Assembly (NCBI GenBank): GCA_964422415.1
Contig: CAYRBI010000003.1
Location: 10,607 to 74,606 of the forward strand
Direction of reading: 5' to 3'
DNA from: an uncultured bacterium
GTDB taxonomy: Bacteria; Hinthialibacterota; Hinthialibacteria; OLB16
Length of the DNA: 64,000 nucleotides
Made by a program: the position numbers and the translations under genes. The notes beneath the pieces are model-generated. The model was not told the DNA's origin and ran no database searches. It saw nothing but the letters and a program-made list of their open reading frames with translations. Every line of letters starts with the position of its first letter. Position 1 is the stretch's first letter. Below, piece after piece: positions 48,780 through 57,409 of this stretch.

Positions 48780-48818
48780 GGGGGCTGGCGGGTGAAAATC
48801 CGCCAGCCCCTTTTGTTT
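48780..48818 (+). terminator. Rho-independent terminator
   Basis: gggggctggcgg-gtgaaaat-ccgccagcccc followed by TTTTGTTT, about 43 bp after the stop at 48737. It is also positioned to stop the convergent larB-like transcript. Confidence 0.75.
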
Positions 48819-48849
48819 GAAGATGTCTCAGCAACGCTCATAAGGGAGC

Positions 48850-49614
48850 TTATGTCAGGGGTGTAAGGTTCACCCGGTTGATGAGCGCCGCCTGATAACC
48901 CGCTCCGAAGCCATTATCAATGTTCACCACCGATACACCCGAAGCGCAGCTATTCAACATGGCCAGCAGAGCCGCCACGCCACCGAAACTGGCGCCATAC
49001 CCCACACTGGTGGGAACCGCGATCACCGGAACGCTCACTAACCCCGCCACCACACTGGGAAGGGCTCCCTCCATCCCAGCTACCACCACAATCGCCCGGG
49101 CATTCTGGAGTGCCTCTCCCTCGGAGAGGAGGCGGTGGATTCCAGCCACCCCGGCATCATTCAAGCGGTGAACCGATGCGCCCATCAGATGAGCGGTAAT
49201 TGCAGCCTCATCGGCGACTGGCAGATCCGAGGTTCCGGCACAGACCACCAGCACATTCCCAGTCCGTTCCGCTTGGGGCGAACGGTCCAACACAAGACAA
49301 CGCGAAGCGGGATGGTAGATGACCTCGGGCACTTGCCGCAGTACCGCCTCCGCCGCCTCCGGGGAGGCATGAGTAGCCAGTACCCGGTCACCGCGCTGTC
49401 CGAGACAGGCAAAGATACTGGCGGTTTGCCCGGGTGTTTTTCCCGCCGCGAAGATCACCTCTGGAAAGCCCTTCCGGAGGGCGCGGTGGTGATCCACCCG
49501 GGCGAAACCCAGGTCCTCGAAAGGCAAACGCGAAAGCTCCCGGACCGCATCCGCCTTGGACAGGGTTCCCTTCTCGTAACGCTCCAGGAGATCCGTGATG
49601 AATGCCGAATCCAT
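48850..49614 (-). CDS. LarB-like PurE-family carboxylase (nickel-pincer cofactor biosynthesis protein LarB / AIR-carboxylase-like)
   Basis: C-terminal PurE-like block AIVVVAGMEGALPSVVAGLVSVPVIAVPTSVGYG against PurE [28 protein letters not shown]. The roughly 100-aa N-terminal extension is typical of LarB. Confidence 0.55.
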   Translation of the reverse strand: MDSAFITDLLERYEKGTLSKADAVRELSRLPFEDLGFARVDHHRALRKGFPEVIFAAGKTPGQTASIFACLGQRGDRVLATHASPEAAEAVLRQVPEVIYHPASRCLVLDRSPQAERTGNVLVVCAGTSDLPVADEAAITAHLMGASVHRLNDAGVAGIHRLLSEGEALQNARAIVVVAGMEGALPSVVAGLVSVPVIAVPTSVGYGASFGGVAALLAMLNSCASGVSVVNIDNGFGAGYQAALINRVNLTPLT

Positions 49615-49622
49615 GCCTGCCT

Positions 49623-51389
49623 CTACTTGCTCTTGGCCTTGCGGATCGCGGATTTAAGCTGGTTCACCGCGGGATCGTTGGCATCGATCTGATAAGCCTT
49701 GTTCACAAGATTCTCGGCTTCATCAAACTTGCGCTGGCGGTAAAGGCCAAGGGCCTGTTCAGTCAGGCGCTTCTTGGTCTCATAGAGTTCCTTTTTGCGG
49801 CTATCATCACGGGAAGTTTCTGACTTCGGTTCAGATTTCGGCTTGATCTCAGTCTTGGCCTCAGTCTTTTTCTCCGGCTTGATCTCAGTCTTGGTCCCGG
49901 TTGTCTTTACTCCAGCAGGTTCCAGCCGCTTGGAATGGACCGCTCTCGGAACGGCGGAACTCCCTTCAGCCACGGCTTTGGTTTCAACCGGTTCAGGAGT
50001 TGGGGTGGGGGTTACCTTGGATTCCGGTACTGGAGTCGGCTTGGGTTTTGGAGTTGGTTTGGGAGTTGGCTTGGTGGTTTTCTCCACCTTGGCCGGCTTG
50101 GGTGTGGGTTTGGCCTTAGTGGCTTCGGGTTCGGGTTTGGGGGTAGGTTCAAGTTTCGGCTCAGTGGCCTTGGTCTCCTCTGGAGAGGGAGCGGTTTGGG
50201 GGGTTGCCGTGGGCTTGCCAGATTCAGGTTTGGGAGGTTCGGTAGAACTCAAGGACTTGAATGTTTCCGCGAAGGCAGCCTCCTTGGGGGCCTTGTCCTG
50301 AATCTTTTCCAGCGCGGTGCGGGCCTCGGTTGACTTCCCCGCGGCAGCATGTCTGACCGCCTCGAGGGTGCCATTCACCAGGAAGAGCACCTCTTTGGGA
50401 TCGGTTCCAGATACCACCGGTTTACCTTCCTTGGCCTTGGCGAGCTGCTCAGTGAGGGATTGGACATCGCTCTTGAGTTTGGCGCCCTCGGTGGCCGAGA
50501 TCATGGCCGCGGCTTGTGCCTGGAGGGTGGACACCTGACCCTGCGCACCGGTGAGGTCCGCCTTGGTCTTGTTAAGTTCATCCTCCACACGTTTCCTCTC
50601 GTCATTGAGGCTCTTGTAATTCTTGTTCAGGGTGTCGATCTCCTGGTTTTTCTGGCTGACCTGGGCGGTGAGGTTCTGTACCGCCGAGGCCGATCCTATG
50701 GTCTTGAGCCGGGTCGTCAGGTCCTCATTAGTCTTGCGGGCCGCCGCGAGCTCGCTTTGAACACGATTCTTGACTTCCTGGGCTTCTTTCAAGGCTCCCG
50801 GTGTAACTGTGTTGGCTTTGAGATTATCGAGCTCCTGTTTCATCGCCATCATCGTGTTCGAGGTCTCTTTGATCTGCGCATCCAGGTTGCTCTTATCTTT
50901 GAGAAGGGCATCATACTTGGCTTGGTCAATCATGCCCTCTTTGGCGGTGGTCAATTCATCTTGGAGCGCACTCACAGCGGCGCGGTCGGCAGATCCCGCC
51001 CGGAACAAGTAAGTTGCCCCCGCAAGAGAGACAACAAAGCACAGCGCCAGAGCCGCAATCGCTATCAATCCCCAGCGTGATCCTCCCGAAGCGATCTGGG
51101 CGCGCATCTTTTCGGCGCTCTCAATCCGGCGGAAGACCTCGGCGTGCTCGGGATCGCATTCAATCGAACGTTTCCACTCGGCCAACGCCATTTCATACAG
51201 ACCCTTCTTGGCGAATAGCGTGCCCAGGAGGTCGTGGTAGCGTCCATCCTCCTGCGAGATGGCGATAGCGGCCTCGACAGCCAGGATGGCCTCATCAATA
51301 CTGCCTTCCTTGGCCAGCTCAAAGCCTTTACGAAATTGTTCCTCGGCTACCGGGTTGGGGCCCGAAGGGCCAAAGGTTTGGGTCTCCAT
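49623..51389 (-). CDS. membrane-anchored TPR / coiled-coil protein with Pro-Thr-Lys-rich low-complexity linker
   Basis: N-terminal cytoplasmic TPR pair and one TM helix (WGLIAIAALALCFVVSLAGATYLF). A long heptad-like coiled coil follows, then PTPKPTPKPKPTPVPE repeats and a C-terminal TPR-like helix pair. Confidence 0.6.
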   Translation of the reverse strand: METQTFGPSGPNPVAEEQFRKGFELAKEGSIDEAILAVEAAIAISQEDGRYHDLLGTLFAKKGLYEMALAEWKRSIECDPEHAEVFRRIESAEKMRAQIASGGSRWGLIAIAALALCFVVSLAGATYLFRAGSADRAAVSALQDELTTAKEGMIDQAKYDALLKDKSNLDAQIKETSNTMMAMKQELDNLKANTVTPGALKEAQEVKNRVQSELAAARKTNEDLTTRLKTIGSASAVQNLTAQVSQKNQEIDTLNKNYKSLNDERKRVEDELNKTKADLTGAQGQVSTLQAQAAAMISATEGAKLKSDVQSLTEQLAKAKEGKPVVSGTDPKEVLFLVNGTLEAVRHAAAGKSTEARTALEKIQDKAPKEAAFAETFKSLSSTEPPKPESGKPTATPQTAPSPEETKATEPKLEPTPKPEPEATKAKPTPKPAKVEKTTKPTPKPTPKPKPTPVPESKVTPTPTPEPVETKAVAEGSSAVPRAVHSKRLEPAGVKTTGTKTEIKPEKKTEAKTEIKPKSEPKSETSRDDSRKKELYETKKRLTEQALGLYRQRKFDEAENLVNKAYQIDANDPAVNQLKSAIRKAKSK

Positions 51390-51562
51390 GAAGGTGTCCT
51401 TGATACAGATTCAGTCTTGCGCGAGCTCGCCCGCGTGGGCCCAGCGTCCGTTGGAAAAGTCCAAGATATAGTGACACCCTGGAGCCGCTTTTCCAACAAA
51501 CCACCTACTCAAACGCCACTCCATTGTAACGAGACTAAGCGCGCGATTGAACAAGCGTGCTC

Positions 51563-52438
51563 TTAACGGTGCGGGGCCCGTCCCAAGGCCTCCAGAAAGA
51601 GGAAAGAAATCCCCCGTAGGGTGATCCCGAAAAGGGTCATGAAATCCATGAGGGGGATCTCCAGGCTGTAGTGCTTCTTGTAAAAGGTGTACATCGAGCG
51701 GTGACGCTCCCAGAGGGCACGGAACCGGTGACGGCGGCTAGAACCACCAATGGAGTGTTGCACTATGGCAGCGGGCTCATAGAGGATCCTGCGGCCCATC
51801 TGGTGCAAACGATAGCAAAGGTCCACATCCTCGGCATACAGAAAGAAGGCCTCATCAAACCCCCCCAGACGCTCGAAATCCGATCGCCGGATGAGAAGCG
51901 CCGCGCCACTGACCCAATCGGCCTCGGAGACCTGGTTATGATCCCGCGTGGTCTGAAGGTATTCCGATGACATCCGGTTACGGGGAAAGAGGCGGGTCAA
52001 CAGCGAGTAGCGGTGCGCCAGGATCGTACAGTAACCAGGAAAGGTCCGGCAACTCAACTGTACCTCCCCATCCGGACCGACATTCATCGGACCCACAGCC
52101 CCAATCTCGGGATCGCTATCGAGCCGCGAAATCAGGTTTTCGATGGTTCCCTCCCGGATCTCCGTATCTGGATTCAAAAAGAAAAGGTATTGCTCTTGAG
52201 CATCCTGGACCGCGCGGTTGTTGGCGGCCGAGAAGCCAACATTATGAGGCATTTCGAGGAGTACACAGCGAGGAAATAACGAGGTGACATCACGAATCGA
52301 GAGGAACGAGGCCGAGTTGTCCGCCACTACAATCCGATAGGGAAGCCGTGGGGGATAGCGATGGAAAGATTCCAGGCAACGCCCAAGCAGTTCCCGCGAG
52401 TTGTAATGAACGATGCTGATACAAACCGAGGCTGACAT
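51563..52438 (-). CDS. family 2 glycosyltransferase
   Basis: N-terminal block ISIVHYNSRELLGRCLES, and DNSAS and FLNPDT DxD-like motifs, match the GT2 / GT-A fold. Confidence 0.8.
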   Translation of the reverse strand: MSASVCISIVHYNSRELLGRCLESFHRYPPRLPYRIVVADNSASFLSIRDVTSLFPRCVLLEMPHNVGFSAANNRAVQDAQEQYLFFLNPDTEIREGTIENLISRLDSDPEIGAVGPMNVGPDGEVQLSCRTFPGYCTILAHRYSLLTRLFPRNRMSSEYLQTTRDHNQVSEADWVSGAALLIRRSDFERLGGFDEAFFLYAEDVDLCYRLHQMGRRILYEPAAIVQHSIGGSSRRHRFRALWERHRSMYTFYKKHYSLEIPLMDFMTLFGITLRGISFLFLEALGRAPHR

Positions 52439-52451
52439 GAATCCTGATTAT

Positions 52452-52656
52452 GGCACAACACGCTCAAGGTTGTATTGCATGTTGTTCATGCTTCAGCATG
52501 TTGGCGAGATTAGTCTCCCATTACAGCGATCCAACCCGTTGTATTGCATGTTGTTCATGCTTCAGCATGTTGGCCTCGTTCACAATTCACTCATGCGGGA
52601 GATCCACACGCTGAAGCGTGAACAACATACGAAGACACGCTAAAGCGTGAACAACG
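52452..52656. repeat. intergenic repeat cluster: two 36-bp direct repeats plus two inverted copies of the CACGCTRAAGCGTGAACAAC motif
   Basis: DR1 is at 52470-52505 and DR2 at 52539-52574; both read ttgtattgcatgttgttcatgcttcagcatgttggc and are separated by a 33-bp unique spacer. Then come cacgctgaagcgtgaacaaca (52607) and cacgctaaagcgtgaacaacg (52636). The DR core gttgttcatgcttcagcatg is the reverse complement of the motif with C-to-T changes at the two CG dinucleotides. Confidence 0.8.
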
Positions 52657-52663
52657 TACCAGA

Positions 52664-55600
52664 TCACACGCCAGCAGCTGAACGTACCAGTTCTCTACGT
52701 CCCAACTTCAACTTGCTGAAGTAGAAGTGCAGGATCTGCTTGTAGTTCGCGCCCTTGGTCTTGACCAGCCCGATGGCGCCACATTGCGATAACCCGACTC
52801 CGTGCCCCATGCCACCACCATAAATCGTCCACCCCGAACGCCAGTCCTCCTTGATGATAATCAACGAGGAATCCAGTTGGAGGGCTTCCCGGATGGCATC
52901 GGCATCCCGCGCTTCCACAGTCTGTTCGGTACCGGTTACGGTCATCCGCGTGGCATGACCCGAGATTGCACGTTCGGTGATTCCAATGGACTTCACTTCT
53001 CCCACTTGGTTGTTCCAATAATCGTTCACCAGCGTATTCATCTGTTCGGAGGTGAGTGTCCGCTTCCAACGGAAGCTCTCTCCCGCGGCCTCCCGGTCAA
53101 AGGTATTGGGTGGAGTCTTCAGCCACTCCTCCAGCAAGCGCTCATCGCCCGCGAAGCCCGTGGCGGGGACCTCGATCCCGACCATCGATGGATCGAAATC
53201 GGGACGCGCCTCCAGATACTCGGGGACAGGTTCGCCACTGTTGCCCCAGATGGACTGTCCATCCGCGACATAACCACCGCTCGAGAAACAGTAAACGGGA
53301 GTTGCCAGGTTGCTGGTCGAATCGATCAAGACCTCACCAAGGGTTTCCTCAACCGCGAGGCGGACATTCGAAGATTCCTTATCACGGCCATAATAGGGCC
53401 ACTCGGAATCGGGATCGCCAGGAATGTCATATCCATACTCGGAACTGCCTCCGCTCTGAATCAACTGCAAGACATAGCAACGGCACATGACCGCTTGGGC
53501 TTTGAGCACCTCGAAGGGGGCCTCAGCTGGGATTTCCTGCGGGACGATACCCACCAGGTAATCCTCGATGTCCACCTGATTCACCAGCGCGAGCCACTCA
53601 TCGCTGGGGGCATAGGCCTGGAAGGTTCCATGGTAGCTGTGGCCACTATACTCAAGCTTGGAGCTGGAGAGTGGCTTCAGGTCGATCACTGTCGCGGGAT
53701 CGGTGACTGGCTTGCCGTTTTCATCAAAGATCTGCACATACGACCGCGCGACCGGTTTCGTGGGGGCCACCGCCAAGGTCCGTCCACCACTCTTACGCTT
53801 AATTGTCGCGGGAACCTCGACTGTCTGATCAGGGGCGGCTGAAGAGGTTTCCTCCGCGCCCGGTTCCTGGACGGCAGTAACTTCAGCCTCCTTGGGTTCA
53901 ACCGGTTCCACTGGCTCGGAGGGACGCGTTTCTTCCGCGACAGAGGGGGTTAAATCCTCATCAATGTCCAGCTGCGGAGGTTCGGAACTCTCTTTCGGCA
54001 GCTCAGCGGGTTGGGTTTCCTCATAGGGAACCACCGTCTTTTCTTCACCCTCTATTTCAGACTCGGTGCTCTTGCTGACAGCGGTGCGTTCACGCGCTTC
54101 ATCGGGACTGAACGGCACTGGTGTGGGAGGAACGCCATTCGCCACCCACTCCGGTTCCACTTTTTCATTCTCTGGAACAAATCCTGGTTCACCTGTCTCC
54201 GCTGGAAGCACAGGCTCCTTCTCGAGGATCACCGGGGGAGCAGGGACTTCCGCGGTCTGGACAGGCTCATTGAGGGCGTTTTCGAATCCACTTTCGAGGT
54301 CCTCGACAGGAGCTGTGGAATCAAGGGGTTTCCCCACCAGAGGTTCCTGCCACCAGAAACGGCGGATGATGGGGAGTGACTTAAAGACATTGGGAATCCG
54401 GAACCGCTCGCGCTTGGGCGTAAAGGCGTATTGTTCCGGCTTAACCTCAGTTTTCGGTGCGGAGGGCTTGGCAACCTTCGGTGCAGGTTGCGGCTTGGGC
54501 GGAATATAATAGCTCGGCACCTTGGGTTCTGGTGCGGGCATGGGACGCAATAATGGCGTGGAATCAGGTTCCTGCTCAGGAACCCCGGCCACCTCTGGAG
54601 GTGGCGGAGGAAGCGGCTTGGTAGACTCAGTCTCTTTATCACTCGGTGCTAGACGCTCCGAACGGCGCTGCGCTGGTGGAGGAGACTCTCGTCTACGTCC
54701 ATCGGCATAACGTGGCCGGCGGTAACGGCGCTCGGTGGTGGAGGGAGGTGTTCCCTTTCCTTTCTGCATAGGCGCAACGCCGGTGGGCATTTGACTCCGT
54801 GGAGGGTACGGACGGGACTTCTCCTGGTGTAAGGTCGAGGGAGCTTTGATCCGTTCCGGGGGACGCGGCAAACGCGACTGAGATGTATCCGTATCTACCC
54901 GATCGGCGGGAAGGGCCGATTTGCCTTTCTTCTCGGGAGCGGGAACCCATCCCAACTCCGGTCCCATGTCAGCGGGTTTTGTTTCTGGGATTGGTTCAAT
55001 CACGGAAGGTTCCGGAGTCGCTGTGGGTTCCGGTTCGAGCCTAAGCATTTCCTCGGGGATCAAATCCAGGGGTGCCATGTCCCCGCCATAGGTGTCAGTT
55101 TGGCCTTCCGGAACCTGCGTTTCAGCCATGGGCTGGAGAGGCTGTGGTTCCGGTTGAGAGGGTGCTGCTGGCGATGGCGCTACAGGTACCGGCTGACCAT
55201 CAGGGAGCAAGCGCCGGCTTTTACGTGGGCTGGGACCCGCCGTGGAGTCTATCGAGGCATAACCAGCCGCCTCCTCAGAACTGGCGAGGCGTGCGGGGAA
55301 ACCCATGCTACGAGCTTTCTCCTCGGCTTTACGCGCCAAATACTCATTCGGGAAAGGGCCCATCTGAACCACAAACTGGCCGTTTTCCTCAAAGGAGTTG
55401 ATACGGCCTTTGAGTTTCTGCCGGGCATCCTTCTCGGCCCGGGCGGCGGTCTCCGAGGAGGGGGTCCGGACCAGATCCACTTTCCATCCACCGGGAGAGG
55501 TGACGATGGAAGTAGTAGCGATGATCTCTTGTGGGGGGGTGGCGATGGTACCGGCCACGAGGGGAGCGGCCCGGAAAAAACTGGGGGCTTCGACAACCCC

Positions 55601-55810
55601 TAGGGTATAGACTCCTGGCGGGAGCTCTTTGGCCTCGCCGGTACGGCTATCGAGGACCACCTCGACAGGGCCGTCACAACGGACCTCGAGTTGGCGGGAC
55701 CGGGCTAACCCAACACGCAGGTTCTCCTCGGACCAAGCCATGGACGTCACCAGGCCTAGGCCCAGCAGCGCCACGATCTGGCTGGTAGTCAGGAATTTTC
55801 TTTTCTTCAT
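52664..55810 (-). CDS. SPOR-domain / SpoIID-LytB-domain fusion protein with long Pro/Glu-rich disordered linker
   Basis: 1048 aa with a signal peptide. An N-terminal SPOR-like segment (GQFVVQMGPFPNEYLARKAEEKARSMGFPARLA) is followed by about 450 aa of P/E/T-rich low complexity. The C-terminal SpoIID/LytB domain includes AQAVMCRCYVL and MGHGVGLSQCGAIGL. Confidence 0.75.
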   Translation of the reverse strand: MKKRKFLTTSQIVALLGLGLVTSMAWSEENLRVGLARSRQLEVRCDGPVEVVLDSRTGEAKELPPGVYTLGVVEAPSFFRAAPLVAGTIATPPQEIIATTSIVTSPGGWKVDLVRTPSSETAARAEKDARQKLKGRINSFEENGQFVVQMGPFPNEYLARKAEEKARSMGFPARLASSEEAAGYASIDSTAGPSPRKSRRLLPDGQPVPVAPSPAAPSQPEPQPLQPMAETQVPEGQTDTYGGDMAPLDLIPEEMLRLEPEPTATPEPSVIEPIPETKPADMGPELGWVPAPEKKGKSALPADRVDTDTSQSRLPRPPERIKAPSTLHQEKSRPYPPRSQMPTGVAPMQKGKGTPPSTTERRYRRPRYADGRRRESPPPAQRRSERLAPSDKETESTKPLPPPPPEVAGVPEQEPDSTPLLRPMPAPEPKVPSYYIPPKPQPAPKVAKPSAPKTEVKPEQYAFTPKRERFRIPNVFKSLPIIRRFWWQEPLVGKPLDSTAPVEDLESGFENALNEPVQTAEVPAPPVILEKEPVLPAETGEPGFVPENEKVEPEWVANGVPPTPVPFSPDEARERTAVSKSTESEIEGEEKTVVPYEETQPAELPKESSEPPQLDIDEDLTPSVAEETRPSEPVEPVEPKEAEVTAVQEPGAEETSSAAPDQTVEVPATIKRKSGGRTLAVAPTKPVARSYVQIFDENGKPVTDPATVIDLKPLSSSKLEYSGHSYHGTFQAYAPSDEWLALVNQVDIEDYLVGIVPQEIPAEAPFEVLKAQAVMCRCYVLQLIQSGGSSEYGYDIPGDPDSEWPYYGRDKESSNVRLAVEETLGEVLIDSTSNLATPVYCFSSGGYVADGQSIWGNSGEPVPEYLEARPDFDPSMVGIEVPATGFAGDERLLEEWLKTPPNTFDREAAGESFRWKRTLTSEQMNTLVNDYWNNQVGEVKSIGITERAISGHATRMTVTGTEQTVEARDADAIREALQLDSSLIIIKEDWRSGWTIYGGGMGHGVGLSQCGAIGLVKTKGANYKQILHFYFSKLKLGRRELVRSAAGV

Positions 55811-55866
55811 GGCATCCCCCTCAAGATGCTGAACAACTCCTCACATAGCGATAAGGCGGAAGGTTG

Positions 55867-56859
55867 TTAACCGCGGACTGGTGAACGTTCCGCGAGAACC
55901 AAGCCAGCGGCCCCGATGATCCCTGCTTCCGTTCCCAGTTGCGCTCCAACCACATCCACCCCCTTAACACGCTGGTGATATACTCTTCGGCGGAGGTCAC
56001 GACGGATCGGTTCGAACAGGGGTTCGCCGAGCTGCGCGCCGCCACCACCAATAATGACAACAGCCGGATTGACCACAATGACCGCCGCCGCGATTCCTAC
56101 GCCCAGATAATAAGCCGCCCGCTCGATGACCTCGTTGGCCAGCTGATCGCCTTGAGCAGCCGCCTCGCCAACCGTCTTGCAGGTAATATCCTCAGCATTC
56201 ATTTTAGACAAAAGCGAGTCATCCCGTACCTCGGCTAATTGGCGGGCATAAGTGGCGATGTTGTTCGCCGAAGCATACGACTCCAGGCAGCCATGGTTGC
56301 CGCAGGGGCAATAAACCCCTTCCGGTTCCACCGTGACATGCCCCAGCTCACCCGCAAAGGCCCAGGCACCATGGAAGACCTTTCCATCAATAATGACTCC
56401 GCCACCCACTCCCGTCCCAATCGTGTAACCAATCGCCGCTGAAGCGCCCCGGCCCGCGCCATAACGCGCCTCGGCCAGAACAAAGACATTGGCATCGTTA
56501 TCGACACGGGTTGCCAGGCCCAGCTCGGATTCGAAGATCGAGCGCATAGGGGTACCGTTGAGACCCGGGATGTTCACCGCCCCGGCAACCAGAGCACCCG
56601 TCTCGAAATCGAAAACACCGGGCGATCCAATACCTACGCCAACAATCTGGTCACGCCTAATCCCCTGGGGCAGTTCATAGAAGATCTGGCGGCAGAGAGC
56701 GATCATCCGCTCTACCACATACTGCCCCCCCCTTTCGGCTTCGGTGGGGGTCTTCCACTCGGCGATCAACTCACCCTTGGAGGAGACGATTCCCGCTTTT
56801 ATTCCCGTCCCCCCCAGGTCAATCCCAAGGGCATATTCACATGATGGGTCTGGAGCCAT
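55867..56859 (-). CDS. ROK-family sugar kinase (glucokinase-like)
   Basis: LGIDLGGTGIKAGIV forms an ATP-binding N-terminus. The ROK zinc motif is CPCGNHGCLESYAS. The second glycine-rich block is IGTGVGGGVII. Confidence 0.8.
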   Translation of the reverse strand: MAPDPSCEYALGIDLGGTGIKAGIVSSKGELIAEWKTPTEAERGGQYVVERMIALCRQIFYELPQGIRRDQIVGVGIGSPGVFDFETGALVAGAVNIPGLNGTPMRSIFESELGLATRVDNDANVFVLAEARYGAGRGASAAIGYTIGTGVGGGVIIDGKVFHGAWAFAGELGHVTVEPEGVYCPCGNHGCLESYASANNIATYARQLAEVRDDSLLSKMNAEDITCKTVGEAAAQGDQLANEVIERAAYYLGVGIAAAVIVVNPAVVIIGGGGAQLGEPLFEPIRRDLRRRVYHQRVKGVDVVGAQLGTEAGIIGAAGLVLAERSPVRG

Positions 56860-57066
56860 TTTATTCTCCTGGGACGAAACCTACATGGTTTTCATTCAAG
56901 ACCACGTAATCGCCCAAGCCACTTTTTTTGAGAAATTACCTTATGATCTAATACTCAAGTTGAAGGATACTGCCATGTTCCGTTCGATACGTCAAGACGG
57001 AATCCTGTCTGTGCCAGGGGTTTATCCCCATCCAGTCCTTCCTATGGTGTTCCATTTTTCTCTTTG

Positions 57067-57096
57067 TTGACGTTCGCGGTGTGAATCCCGTATATT
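57067..57096 (+). promoter_or_regulatory. sigma70-like promoter upstream of the lipoyl-domain gene
   Basis: TTGACG (57067-57072), an 18-nt spacer, then TATATT (57091-57096). This leaves a leader of about 60 nt with AAGGAGAAAGG before the ATG at 57164. Confidence 0.4.
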
Positions 57097-57163
57097 CGCC
57101 TCTTACATTCATGTTGGGTACAGCCCAAATATGCACACACACCACATAAGGAGAAAGGCCATT

Positions 57164-57409
57164 ATGCCTGTTAACGTCAATCTACCAGAACTGGGCGCGG
57201 AAGCCGGTGATGAAGCCACGGTATCGTATTGGATCGCCCAAGAGGGTGATGAGGTCGCGGAGGGGGACGATCTGGTCGAGATGTTGACCGACAAGGCGAA
57301 CTTTAATGTTCCCTCCCCCTGTGCCGGGAAGATCACCAAGGTGTGCGCCAAGGAAAACGAGGTTGTGAAGGTCGGCGATCTGTTGTGCGAGATTGAGACC
57401 GGGTCATGA
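57164..57409 (+). CDS. stand-alone lipoyl/biotinyl attachment domain protein
   Basis: 81 aa. LVEMLTDKANFNVPSPCAGKITKV matches the E2 lipoyl-lysine motif (ETDKA...PSP.AG). The start is moved from the tracked ATG (57131) to the ATG at 57164, which has a strong RBS. It overlaps the next gene (ATGA). Confidence 0.65.
   Translation: MPVNVNLPELGAEAGDEATVSYWIAQEGDEVAEGDDLVEMLTDKANFNVPSPCAGKITKVCAKENEVVKVGDLLCEIETGS

Noticed and set aside
52470-52574. Possible CRISPR mini-array (36-bp repeats with a 33-bp spacer)
   Set aside because: Only two repeat units are present. No cas genes are in the window. The repeats are variants of a dispersed regulatory-looking palindrome.
52413-52643. 76-aa ORF MLIQTEADM...LYCMLFMLQHVG (repeated twice)
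   Set aside because: It is simply the translation of the 36-bp direct repeats in the intergenic repeat cluster, not a gene.
52802-53842. 346-aa plus-strand ORF antisense to the SPOR-SpoIID gene
   Set aside because: It is a low-complexity shadow ORF. The minus frame carries the recognisable domains.
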